A stretch of DNA of 28,911 nucleotides from positions 8,799 to 37,709 of the forward strand of contig DALZ01000092.1 in NCBI GenBank assembly GCA_002496955.1. Reading direction: 5' to 3'. Positions 1 through 8,511 of this stretch are shown one piece after another. The DNA is from Euryarchaeota archaeon UBA128 (GTDB lineage: Archaea; Thermoplasmatota; Poseidoniia; Poseidoniales; Poseidoniaceae). The position numbers and the translations under genes were made by a program. Position 1 is the first letter of the stretch; every line of letters starts with the position of its first letter. Below the pieces are notes generated by a model. The model did not search any database. It had not been told where the DNA came from and worked only from the letters and a program-made list of their open reading frames with translations.

Positions 1-103
1 AGGGGTTGTTATGACTTATGGCAACAAGCATGACTTATGCATCAAATTTGCATGGTTTTTGAGGCAGCCAATATGTCGTTATTGCGTGCCATTTCCGTTT
101 CCA

Positions 104-110
104 TTAAATA
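104..110 (+). promoter_or_regulatory. Putative TATA box (TTAAATA) for the rpoE' operon
   Basis: TTAAATA lies about 20-25 nt upstream of a hairpin-rich leader that precedes rpoE'. The TSS is not verified. Confidence 0.4.
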
Positions 111-130
111 GGGGCCGTCGGTGGCAGACA

Positions 131-226
131 CGACTACGGTCGATTCTATCCCGAGGTGACACCGGTGAAGGACAGAATAGCACGCTATTCTTCACCATGT
201 TCCTTTGAATCGGCCAAAGGATGTGA
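131..226 (+). promoter_or_regulatory. Structured 5' leader (three hairpins) of the rpoE' operon
   Basis: CGAC-TACG-GTCG (131-142); GGTGAA..GAATAG-CACG-CTATTC-TTCACC (164-196); TCCTTTG-AATCGGC-CAAAGGA (201-221), which overlaps the SD-like GGATGTGA (219-226). Confidence 0.5.
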
Positions 227-231
227 AAAGA

Positions 232-786
232 ATGTATAAAATTGTCACAAAAGAAGATACAATTCGTATTCCTGCGGAATATATGCGTAAAGGACAATCA
301 CTAGACCAGCACATCGATAGGCTATCAATGACTGCGTTTGAAGGTAGATTCGATGATGATAATCGATTCGTATTGGTTACAACAAATCATCAACCACTGG
401 GTCGTGGAAGAATAATACACGGAGACGGTGCAATTTACCAAAGGGTTAGGTTCGATGCCGTTTTGTTTTGCATGGATGACTATGAAATTGTTGAGGGAGT
501 GGTTTCTGAGGTCAACGAATTCGGTGCGTTTGTCAGAATTGGACCAATGGAGGCACTACTTCACAAGTCGCAGATAATGGACGACACAGTTGATGCCAAC
601 GTAGGAATGGGCTGGATTGAAGGAAAACAAACTGGCCGAAGATTGCAAATTGGCGATTCCATCAGGGCTAGGATAGTTTCATTGTCACCAGATACAAGTG
701 ACCCTCGAAGGTCAAAAATTGGTCTGACTAGCAAGCAACCAGGTCTAGGTTGCCACGTTTGGATAGATGAGGACAACAATGAGTGA
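232..786 (+). CDS. rpoE1: DNA-directed RNA polymerase subunit E' (Rpo7)
   Basis: MYKIV..DTIRIP, IIHGDGAIYQRVRF, an S1 domain (EIVEGVVSEVNEFGAFVRIGPMEALLHKSQIMDD) and SKIGLTSKQPGLG. Start placed at ATG232 after the SD-like GGATGTGA, rather than at 205. Confidence 0.96.
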   Translation: MYKIVTKEDTIRIPAEYMRKGQSLDQHIDRLSMTAFEGRFDDDNRFVLVTTNHQPLGRGRIIHGDGAIYQRVRFDAVLFCMDDYEIVEGVVSEVNEFGAFVRIGPMEALLHKSQIMDDTVDANVGMGWIEGKQTGRRLQIGDSIRARIVSLSPDTSDPRRSKIGLTSKQPGLGCHVWIDEDNNE

Positions 787-796
787 GTTGAGTATT

Positions 797-1015
797 ATGC
801 CAAAAAATCCGTTTGCTTGTGCTGAATGCAGCGTCATTTTGCCAGACCCAGAAAAGAAAAATGAAATTCCTATTTGTAACAGATGCCCTAGCGCTCAGGT
901 CACTACTGATTGGCAGGGTTATGTAATTATCATGGATCCAGAGCGTTCTGAAATAGCTAAGCGTCTGAACGTAGATCGACCGGGGAAATATGCGCTCAAG
1001 GTCAATACCAGATGA
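797..1015 (+). CDS. spt4: Transcription elongation factor Spt4 (RpoE'')
   Basis: CAEC...CNRC zinc ribbon, TTDWQGYVIIMDPERSEIAKRLNV..PGKYALKV, directly after rpoE'. ATG779 is an alternative start. Confidence 0.95.
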   Translation: MPKNPFACAECSVILPDPEKKNEIPICNRCPSAQVTTDWQGYVIIMDPERSEIAKRLNVDRPGKYALKVNTR

Positions 1016-1018
1016 AAT

Positions 1019-1025
1019 GAGGTGA
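1019..1025 (+). promoter_or_regulatory. Shine-Dalgarno GAGGTGA for rps24e
   Basis: Matches the archaeal SD consensus, 5 nt before ATG1031. Confidence 0.8.
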
Positions 1026-1030
1026 TTTAG

Positions 1031-1387
1031 ATGGAAATAGTAGACAGAATGGAAAACAAACTTCTCAACAGAGTAGAAATAAAGTTCAGTTGGAGACATA
1101 ACGGGAAAGCCACGCCATCAAGAAAAGAGGTAATGGACTTAGTCAAGACTTTGGAGCCCAAGTCCAATCCTGATTACATCATAATCAAAGACTGTGACAC
1201 TAGATTTGGCCAACCCTTAACCACTGGGTTGGCATATATCTATGGTGATGAGGACGCAATGAAGGTCGAACCAAAATATATCCACAAGCGTCATGAGCAA
1301 TTCCGCACTGCAAAATCTGAACCTTCTACTAGCGATGAGTCAGCAGAATCGGCTGAAAAGCCAGTAGAAGAAGGAGGCGATGAATAA
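1031..1387 (+). CDS. rps24e: 30S ribosomal protein S24e
   Basis: [33 protein letters not shown], conserved position in the operon, acidic C-terminal tail. Confidence 0.93.
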   Translation: MEIVDRMENKLLNRVEIKFSWRHNGKATPSRKEVMDLVKTLEPKSNPDYIIIKDCDTRFGQPLTTGLAYIYGDEDAMKVEPKYIHKRHEQFRTAKSEPSTSDESAESAEKPVEEGGDE

Positions 1388-1563
1388 TGTCTGATGGACC
1401 AAACCCTGCAGCAAAGTGGAATAAATATTCAATTGGAGAAGACGGTAAACTACAACGCAAAGCAGAATTCTGCAAGTTGTGTGGACCGGGCGTATTTATG
1501 GCAATTCATGCCAACCGAAAATCGTGTGGCCGCTGTGGATACACCGAGGTTATCGAACAGTAA
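1387..1563 (+). CDS. rps27ae: 30S ribosomal protein S27ae (58 aa, not in the ORF track)
   Basis: Manual translation: [58 protein letters not shown]. It has the [13 protein letters not shown]..R..CGRCGYT signature and overlaps the rps24e stop (TAATG). Confidence 0.96.
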   Translation: MSDGPNPAAKWNKYSIGEDGKLQRKAEFCKLCGPGVFMAIHANRKSCGRCGYTEVIEQ

Positions 1564-2496
1564 TTAGTTTGAATCATCACTCTCGATGATGTCCCATTTA
1601 CCATCATTGCAGAGATATAAACCTGTTTTTGCCTCAACAAATACTGCTATTTCCTCTAACGGTATTCGCCTCTGAGTATCCTTCGAGATGAATAATATCT
1701 CTCGCCAACCAGCCACATACCATCCACCGTGCTCATTACACCAATCTGCATGTGTTATTGGGCCTGATAGTTTTGCGTTGAGAACTACTTCACTATCCTC
1801 ATAAAGCACGATGCTTGAATTGTTGAATAGCAATAGATAGTTTTCGTTATGCATGAAAACTTTGTTCAAGTAACCATCTAGCGAAATAGTATCCTTGTGT
1901 AGTATTGCGCCAGATTTCACGTCATATCTTATCAAGCCACCCCCTTTAGACCAAATTTCAAATTTCTTATCGTCACAAGTGCTGGCAATTGTTTCCATTG
2001 CACGAGGGATTTTCAGTAATTTCTTCCATGAAGGTTCTGAAGAGCGCCAATTTTCTATTGAATTAACAGATAGATTATACACACCTTTCTTCCATAACAC
2101 AAAAGAAAATGATGCGCTATTAGCGCTCAGCGAAATTGGTTCCGCATCTAAGACATGTGACCATTTGTTGCCGTTGGGGTGAATTGATTTGTCAATCGTT
2201 CTTCTAACACGTAAATCCCCGCGGTCTACTCCAGTGGTAAACTCCTTAGTTAAATCTAAGGCCGCCATTCTTGCCAACATTAACTCCTGATCTAGCCATG
2301 TGGCTACAAGGGTGTCGCCGATAATAACTGCGTCTCTAATCGGGGTTGGGAACGGTTTTGTTGGTGGCCCAACATATTCCCCATCTTGGCTAATTTTTTG
2401 TAACTCACCGTCGACGCCAACTATCACGTATCCTGAATTGTATGGTAACACCAGTTTTGGCGTGAACGATAGTTTCCCTGGAATCCCCCACGCCAT
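1564..2496 (-). CDS. Hypothetical protein, probable beta-propeller
   Basis: 310-aa ORF with repeated short beta-strand/turn units (GYVIVGVDGELQKISQDG, GGLIRYDVKSG, PITHADW, GWYVAGW). No obvious signal peptide. Confidence 0.75.
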   Translation of the reverse strand: MAWGIPGKLSFTPKLVLPYNSGYVIVGVDGELQKISQDGEYVGPPTKPFPTPIRDAVIIGDTLVATWLDQELMLARMAALDLTKEFTTGVDRGDLRVRRTIDKSIHPNGNKWSHVLDAEPISLSANSASFSFVLWKKGVYNLSVNSIENWRSSEPSWKKLLKIPRAMETIASTCDDKKFEIWSKGGGLIRYDVKSGAILHKDTISLDGYLNKVFMHNENYLLLFNNSSIVLYEDSEVVLNAKLSGPITHADWCNEHGGWYVAGWREILFISKDTQRRIPLEEIAVFVEAKTGLYLCNDGKWDIIESDDSN

Positions 2497-2573
2497 GATG
2501 CAAACCAGTTATCAATACTTTGTCAATTCTCGTATAGAAAAAAATCAATAATATAATCTGTTACATTGAGAGT

Positions 2574-3539
2574 ATGGGCAATTCTGAAGTCTCGATGATT
2601 GCTGTCAATATGAGCGATATTGCGTCAAGTAATCAAGCCAAAGTATTGCTTGAGACTCTTGATTGGGAAAATATCGGACCGGTGGAAGAAAAACAATCTT
2701 ACAGATTAGGAGATGTTAGAATGTGGATGTTCGATGACCGTATCTTAAATGAGGACAATATCGATATTCGATGGTTTCAACAGACTGGTGAGAAGGTTAC
2801 TGAGGTAATATTTCCCTCAAAACACTCAGCCTCAAGTGGTAAACCGTCTCTGACACTTCATCCAATAGGAGTTCCGCATTTAGAGTATGGTACCATGCCG
2901 CCATTTGGTGGCAAAGCAGGTCATGCACCACCTCCGTCAACACGGCTTTCGTCGTGGTGGAAGATGCTCCAAGAGTATGTCAAAGGTACTACTTTGGAGC
3001 AGGAATTTGAATTGACATTAGAGGTGACACATCATGGGCCTTGGCTAGGCGTTCCTGCATTGTTCATCGAAATTGGTTCCACAGAGAGCACCTGGTCGCA
3101 CATGTCAGCTGCAAAGTTGCTGGCGAGTATTATCACTGACGGCATGGCACTAAAACAAGGTAATGCAATCGGGACATGGGACTGCGAAGAAAATGCCGGC
3201 GAACTGGTTCTGATTACCCTTGGCGGCGGTCATTATGCGCCAAGAGCAAACAAATTAGCGTCGCTTGATGGCATCTGGCTTGGGCACATGCTGGCGACTT
3301 ACTCTCTACCATTCGTAAAGTCAGAAGTTGAAGGTGATATTCCGGGCGGCACATGGAAACAAGCCATAGAATCAGCAGTTTCAGCGACGCAGTTAGCCTT
3401 TCCAAATGGAAAAATAATCTGTTCCATGGATAAAAAAGCCTTCAAAGGATGGCAGCGACAAGCCATAAGAAACTATCTCATCGATATTGACATACCATTG
3501 TTAACAACTAAACAAATAACTGAAGCATTAACCAATTAA
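2574..3539 (+). CDS. dtdA: D-aminoacyl-tRNA deacylase, archaeal/GEK1 type
   Basis: SKHSASSGKPSLTLHPIG, TLEVTHHGP, LFIEIGST, GGGHYAP and LGHM motifs. Confidence 0.92.
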   Translation: MGNSEVSMIAVNMSDIASSNQAKVLLETLDWENIGPVEEKQSYRLGDVRMWMFDDRILNEDNIDIRWFQQTGEKVTEVIFPSKHSASSGKPSLTLHPIGVPHLEYGTMPPFGGKAGHAPPPSTRLSSWWKMLQEYVKGTTLEQEFELTLEVTHHGPWLGVPALFIEIGSTESTWSHMSAAKLLASIITDGMALKQGNAIGTWDCEENAGELVLITLGGGHYAPRANKLASLDGIWLGHMLATYSLPFVKSEVEGDIPGGTWKQAIESAVSATQLAFPNGKIICSMDKKAFKGWQRQAIRNYLIDIDIPLLTTKQITEALTN

Positions 3540-3585
3540 ACACAAGCCTCATGAATCTCCTAAAGGAGCGTCTGACGGGGTAGTA

Positions 3586-4563
3586 ATGACCAGTTGGTTT
3601 TCCAAGCTCGTTGTTGGCATGACGATACGTATGCCAAAGTGGTTTGTGGGCTGGGTTTCTCGCCGGTATGTTGCAGGTAATAATATCGAAGATGCTATTA
3701 GAGTTATGCAACGATTAAGTAAAGAAAATGCCTGCTTTACAGTCGATGTTCTCGGAGAGGAAATATCCACAATGTCTGAAGCGCAATATTTCTGTGATGA
3801 GTATAGTCGGTTGATTGATGAAATAATAAAACATGAAATTGACTCAAATATCAGCATTAAGCCAACCGCATTTGGACTTCTTGTAGATCGAGAAAAAGGC
3901 TATGAAAACATCAGAAAAATTGTTGCTATGGCTGCACAACATGAAATGTTTGTCAGACTGGACATGGAAGATCACAGAGTAACGCAGGATACTATCGATG
4001 TAGTAGTGCAACTGCATAGCGAGGGCTTGACAAATGTGGGGACAGTGTATCAAGGTCGTTTATTCAGGACCTTTGATGATATTGACTACTTAGAGGGAAA
4101 ACTTGGTCCTGCTGCCGATTACCGTATATGTAAGGGAATATATCTCGAACCAAGTAGCATAGCACATTCAGGGTATCGAGAAATAGTCAGTGCGACAAAC
4201 GCAAGTATCGACAAGATGCTTTCTGCAGGTGCTTATTGCGCTATTGCATCGCATGATAAACCAGTTATTGACCATGCGCTATCAGCACTAAAGGCGCACG
4301 GAATGGGTCCAAAAACTCCAGATCCTAGAAATAATGCTGGTAGTCAAAGAAACGGCAAGGGTCCGGGTTATGAATTCCAAATGCTATTAGGTGTCAGAGG
4401 GCCAATGAGAAGGAAACTTGCTGCACAAGGTCATAGAACGAGAGTCTATGTCCCTTATGGAAAACAATGGTATGAATACAGTATCAGGCGCTTAAAGGAA
4501 AATCCGACAGTCGGTGCTCAAGTAGCAAAGGCTTTTTTGCTACCATGGACGAATCGTCCATGA
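3586..4563 (+). CDS. Proline dehydrogenase, monofunctional
   Basis: RYVAG, DVLGE, SIKPT, VRLDMED, RICKGIYLEP, IASHD, YEFQMLLGVR and RVYVPYG..WYEYSIRRLKENP. Confidence 0.93.
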   Translation: MTSWFSKLVVGMTIRMPKWFVGWVSRRYVAGNNIEDAIRVMQRLSKENACFTVDVLGEEISTMSEAQYFCDEYSRLIDEIIKHEIDSNISIKPTAFGLLVDREKGYENIRKIVAMAAQHEMFVRLDMEDHRVTQDTIDVVVQLHSEGLTNVGTVYQGRLFRTFDDIDYLEGKLGPAADYRICKGIYLEPSSIAHSGYREIVSATNASIDKMLSAGAYCAIASHDKPVIDHALSALKAHGMGPKTPDPRNNAGSQRNGKGPGYEFQMLLGVRGPMRRKLAAQGHRTRVYVPYGKQWYEYSIRRLKENPTVGAQVAKAFLLPWTNRP

Positions 4564-5331
4564 TTATTTTCTAGGTCGCTTTCTTTTCCGCTTATTACTA
4601 GGAGTAACTCTTTTTTTTGTCACTTCTTTTGGTATCTCTGGATTTGGATTATAGCCGAGTTTTCCTTCTTTCCATGCTTGCCGCCTTTCTCTCGGAGTCT
4701 TTGGTTCGAAATGTTCAACATTTGGCGGTTCATGAAGATATATTCGCTTTATGTTTTGAGCTTCGACCGTGCCTCGCAGAGTCCTGCCTGCGCCAGTGTG
4801 TATTGCTCTAATCCGCCATGTTTCACCCTGATAGTCGATTTGTGTGTCAGCAGTAAATTTTGTGCCATAATCAACTAACATTGAGGACGAATCTGAAAAT
4901 TCTCCACTGGTGGTCGTAACCTTTACCCTGACCATGTCGGTCCTTAAGGCTGAAATTACCGATACGCTAGTAGCGATAGCAGTATCCTGTTTCCGCCCAT
5001 CAGTATCGAGAATCTGGTTTATCTGCCACTGCATATCAGACTCTTCAAAAATATCACCAATGCTAAATTTTTCATCATCATCAATCTCCAGCTCCACTCT
5101 GTTTGAATGTGGTCCATCGGTAAGTATGAATGGTAATCTGAGTAATTTAGGTTCCCTTATGCTAAGATTAGCAATTGAGTTACAAGTTATGCATTTTATT
5201 AGTAAATCTCGTCCAGAGCCGACCTGTCTCTCTTTCAGTATTTCATGTCCTGCAAGTTCATCGCATTCAGCACAATATGTGACGTTCTCCAAGATTTCAT
5301 CTTGGTCATCTTCAGCCACATACTCACTCAT
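4564..5331 (-). CDS. Archaeal Zn-finger protein (HVO_0476 / COG1326-like) with basic C-terminal tail
   Basis: CAEC..HEILK..LIKCITC, followed by tandem acidic beta domains and IKRIY. ATG5355 is an alternative start. Confidence 0.75.
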   Translation of the reverse strand: MSEYVAEDDQDEILENVTYCAECDELAGHEILKERQVGSGRDLLIKCITCNSIANLSIREPKLLRLPFILTDGPHSNRVELEIDDDEKFSIGDIFEESDMQWQINQILDTDGRKQDTAIATSVSVISALRTDMVRVKVTTTSGEFSDSSSMLVDYGTKFTADTQIDYQGETWRIRAIHTGAGRTLRGTVEAQNIKRIYLHEPPNVEHFEPKTPRERRQAWKEGKLGYNPNPEIPKEVTKKRVTPSNKRKRKRPRK

Positions 5332-5422
5332 GCTATCAACTATCCCACAGTCCATTAGGTTTCAAGTAATCGCATAAATCCCGATACGAGAGTTCATGAA
5401 TTGTTGCCTAGTGCACCAATGC

Positions 5423-6157
5423 ATGAGCAAAGATTCAGGTGATGCACCCGAACGCTCAGAGTTGCTTAGTTATCTTTTTGGCAAGCCCGGAAATTTACCA
5501 CGCGATGAACCACTAATTGCGGCAAATATCAACGAACAGTTGCAGCACATGGGCTTAGTGACTTGGCCTATCTCAGTAATCCGTCGAGTACGCGATGGCA
5601 TCCACCGAATAAGTCCTAACGCAGTTCTTGAAATTGGTGGGGGTATCGGTCACCGAAGTGCTTGGTTACTAGACCTGTTTGACACCCAAAATAAACCTGA
5701 ACGGTATGATATTATTGAGCAAGGCAACAAGTTTGCTGTAATAATCAAACGCCTTGTCGACCGTTATGAAGCTGCAGATTGGACGAATATCAAGGTTGGT
5801 GAGTTACAAACTTTAGCTGCAGAAACTATTGCTTGGAAGGCCGCTACTGTTAGTGGCCTAGGGGTTGGAGATGCACCATTAATAACTAACTACGATGTGA
5901 TTATTGTTGATGAGAAGCCTGAAAAACTGGCCAAGTCAATTCACAATTCGCTAGAGTTACTCTCACCAAACGGGATTTTGATCGCCACAGAACCGTTAGT
6001 GCCATCAGGAGAAGTCGATGAAGAAGATGATTCCCAAATGGCGCTAGTCGATGGGTTCAATGAATGGATAGAACTAATAAAGTCCAAACAAGTTGGTTAT
6101 AATATTGCTTTCATTCCAGTATTTGAAGGAACAATTGTTGCTTTTCTGAAGAAATAA
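5423..6157 (+). CDS. Class I SAM-dependent methyltransferase, O-methyltransferase (YrrM/TrmR-like) fold
   Basis: PNAVLEIGGGIGHRSAWL (motif I), YDIIEQ, YDVIIVDE and LELLSPNGILIA. ATG5396 is an alternative start. Confidence 0.7.
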   Translation: MSKDSGDAPERSELLSYLFGKPGNLPRDEPLIAANINEQLQHMGLVTWPISVIRRVRDGIHRISPNAVLEIGGGIGHRSAWLLDLFDTQNKPERYDIIEQGNKFAVIIKRLVDRYEAADWTNIKVGELQTLAAETIAWKAATVSGLGVGDAPLITNYDVIIVDEKPEKLAKSIHNSLELLSPNGILIATEPLVPSGEVDEEDDSQMALVDGFNEWIELIKSKQVGYNIAFIPVFEGTIVAFLKK

Positions 6158-7291
6158 TCACTCGAAATATTGGATTAGATTTTCTACTTGTATCAATCCA
6201 TAGCCATAATTGTCATCATGCCCATCTTGACCAGGCAGAGGTTTAGCAGTCTCCATTAATGCCTGTTTGATTTGTTGGACGTTATCTGATGAGCCTGCTG
6301 AACCATTTGCGACTAGACTGGGTTGCGCCTCAAGAAGTAGCGCAATCGCTCCAGTAACGTATACAGTCGCCGCGCTTGTTCCGTCAACTATTGACCACGT
6401 ACCATCATTGTTGATTACAGGGACTCCCTCCGCCGGAGCAACAATTTCAGGCTTTTTGTTAGGGTCTTGTCGTGGTAGGATAATTGGGAACAAATTACCA
6501 TTGTTGTCGCCAACTGATGAACCACTCCAGTGGCTTCCATCGGCAGTTACACCGCCAACAGATATTACCAACCTTTCACTAGAAGGGTGGGCTACATCGC
6601 CGTCATCATCTGGGCCACCATCATTACCAGCAGCAGCTACCACAACGATACCTTGGTCAATTGCATCGCTAGCTGCATCACTAGAATCACGACCTCCAAA
6701 TGGATTGAACGGAATCAACCCAGGCGCCCCACCAAGTGAGAGTGACACTATGTTAACGCCTTGTTGAACACACCAATCGATAGCATCAGCTACAACCCCA
6801 TCATCACCACTACCATTCCCTGATAATGCTTTAGCGACATATAGGTCAACATCCGCTGCCACGCCTTGCATCCACCCATCGGCAACTAATAGCCCGGCCA
6901 TGCTAGTGCCGTGTCCTTGGTCATCATAGGGTTGGTCTTGGTTGTTAACAAAGTCCTGCCAGCCTGTTAACTCTAGACTAGAGAGGTCTTTGTGGGTCAT
7001 ATCTATTCCAGAATCAACTATGCAAACTTTTATTCCAGTACCATCTAGCTTTGTATCATCGGTTTGAACCAATTCTTGGTATATTTCCTGAGCAGAAAGG
7101 GCACCGTCAGTAGGCCTTGGTGCGAAAGGATTGTTATCTTTGAAGACATTAATCATGTAACTGGTTGAGAAAACCAGAATTAATGTTAATACGACGAGAT
7201 ATGCGACAAATCGCCTAGATGATTGCTGTTGGGAGACCATATGTTCATCAGGAACACTCTGTGTTGTGATTAACTCTGGGATGGCTTCCAT
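6158..7291 (-). CDS. Membrane-anchored S8 subtilisin-like serine protease
   Basis: Catalytic triad VCIVDSGID / GHGTSMAG / DGTSAAT, oxyanion motif AAAGND, one N-terminal hydrophobic helix. Start placed at ATG7291; the ORF track uses TTG7300. Confidence 0.93.
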   Translation of the reverse strand: MEAIPELITTQSVPDEHMVSQQQSSRRFVAYLVVLTLILVFSTSYMINVFKDNNPFAPRPTDGALSAQEIYQELVQTDDTKLDGTGIKVCIVDSGIDMTHKDLSSLELTGWQDFVNNQDQPYDDQGHGTSMAGLLVADGWMQGVAADVDLYVAKALSGNGSGDDGVVADAIDWCVQQGVNIVSLSLGGAPGLIPFNPFGGRDSSDAASDAIDQGIVVVAAAGNDGGPDDDGDVAHPSSERLVISVGGVTADGSHWSGSSVGDNNGNLFPIILPRQDPNKKPEIVAPAEGVPVINNDGTWSIVDGTSAATVYVTGAIALLLEAQPSLVANGSAGSSDNVQQIKQALMETAKPLPGQDGHDDNYGYGLIQVENLIQYFE

Positions 7292-7296
7292 GACAA

Positions 7297-8511
7297 TCAA
7301 CCAAATGCTTCGACGGCCTCTGTGAAAGTATCAGCGAAAAGATTTGCATCTTCCTCAGTATTGTAAAAGTATGCTGATGCTCTTAGTGATCCATTCGAAT
7401 GTCCGTGTGCATTAAACCATGAATGAACACAGTGTTGCCCACTTCTAACCATCACATTAGCGGCTTCGTCAAGTAGAATAGCAATATCATGGGAGGGTAA
7501 ATCGCCCATTAATATTGAACATATCCCTCCTCGCTGTTTGGCATCCTCTGGACCGATAATTTTTATAGAGTCTAAATGTTTTATTTTGTTTGTTATGATG
7601 CTATTTAGTCTAATCTCGTGTTCGTGAACGGCATTCATATCGAGTTTTGACAAATAATCAATGGCTTCTCCACTCGCTATCATGCCGGCAAAATTTCCAA
7701 GCCCGCCTTCGAATTTTGATGGTGGCGCTGCCCATTTGACTGAGTCATAATGCGAGGTTTGAACAGTCTGTCCACCAGACTGAATAGACCTTAACGATTC
7801 TAATAATTCGTAACGACCCCACAGCCCACCCATTCCTGAAGGACCACACATTTTATGGATTGAAAATGAGATGAAATCGATATCAAGATCTTGGACATCC
7901 ACGCGCATGTGAGGTGTTGATTGAGCTCCATCAACAGCAATAAGTGCATCATACTCATGAGTAATTTTGGCGATTTTTTTTATCGGAACAGAGATTCCGT
8001 CTAAATTACCAACATGGCTAAATGATACTAATTTTAACCGCTCTCCAACATCTTCACAGACTTGTTCAAAATTTTCTACATTGAAAGTGTTGTCAGGATT
8101 GGACTTTACAATGCGATGCTCTACACCCTTTTCCTCAACAAGTTGCAACCAAGGTACTAAGTTAGAATTGTGCTCTCGGTCGCCAGTAACAATAACATCA
8201 CCTTTTTGCCATGATATTCCCTTGGCAATTTGGTTTATGGAATGTGTTGCGTTTCTGGTAAAGACTACCTCATTGACCGAATTTGCATTGATGAATTTTG
8301 CAATCGTTTGTCTGGATTGTGCAACTAAACGCGATACTTGAGTTCCATAGCGATGGACGGATCGTCCACCACATCCCGGATACATGCTGTAGTAATCACT
8401 AATTGAGTTAATCACTGAGTCTGGCTTAAGGGTTACACATGCATTGTCGAGGTATGCTGGCGGTTGCTCGCCTCGCAAGGTAGGAAAGTCGTCGCGCAGA
8501 TGTGAGTACAT
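7297..8511 (-). CDS. sufS: Cysteine desulfurase, group II (SufS/CsdA-like)
   Basis: YLDNA, VDGAQS, FSIHKMCGPSG (PLP lysine) and VRSGQHC (catalytic Cys, RxGHHC-like). ATG8511 overlaps the upstream stop (TGATG). Confidence 0.9.
   Translation of the reverse strand: MYSHLRDDFPTLRGEQPPAYLDNACVTLKPDSVINSISDYYSMYPGCGGRSVHRYGTQVSRLVAQSRQTIAKFINANSVNEVVFTRNATHSINQIAKGISWQKGDVIVTGDREHNSNLVPWLQLVEEKGVEHRIVKSNPDNTFNVENFEQVCEDVGERLKLVSFSHVGNLDGISVPIKKIAKITHEYDALIAVDGAQSTPHMRVDVQDLDIDFISFSIHKMCGPSGMGGLWGRYELLESLRSIQSGGQTVQTSHYDSVKWAAPPSKFEGGLGNFAGMIASGEAIDYLSKLDMNAVHEHEIRLNSIITNKIKHLDSIKIIGPEDAKQRGGICSILMGDLPSHDIAILLDEAANVMVRSGQHCVHSWFNAHGHSNGSLRASAYFYNTEEDANLFADTFTEAVEAFG

Noticed and set aside
11-208. 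65-aa + strand ORF
   Set aside because: No recognisable motif or SD. It runs through the putative promoter and structured leader of rpoE', so it is probably not coding.
3555-3578. Small dyads (CTCC-TAAA-GGAG, CGTC-T-GACG) between dtdA and PRODH
   Set aside because: The stems are only 4 bp and are expected by chance.
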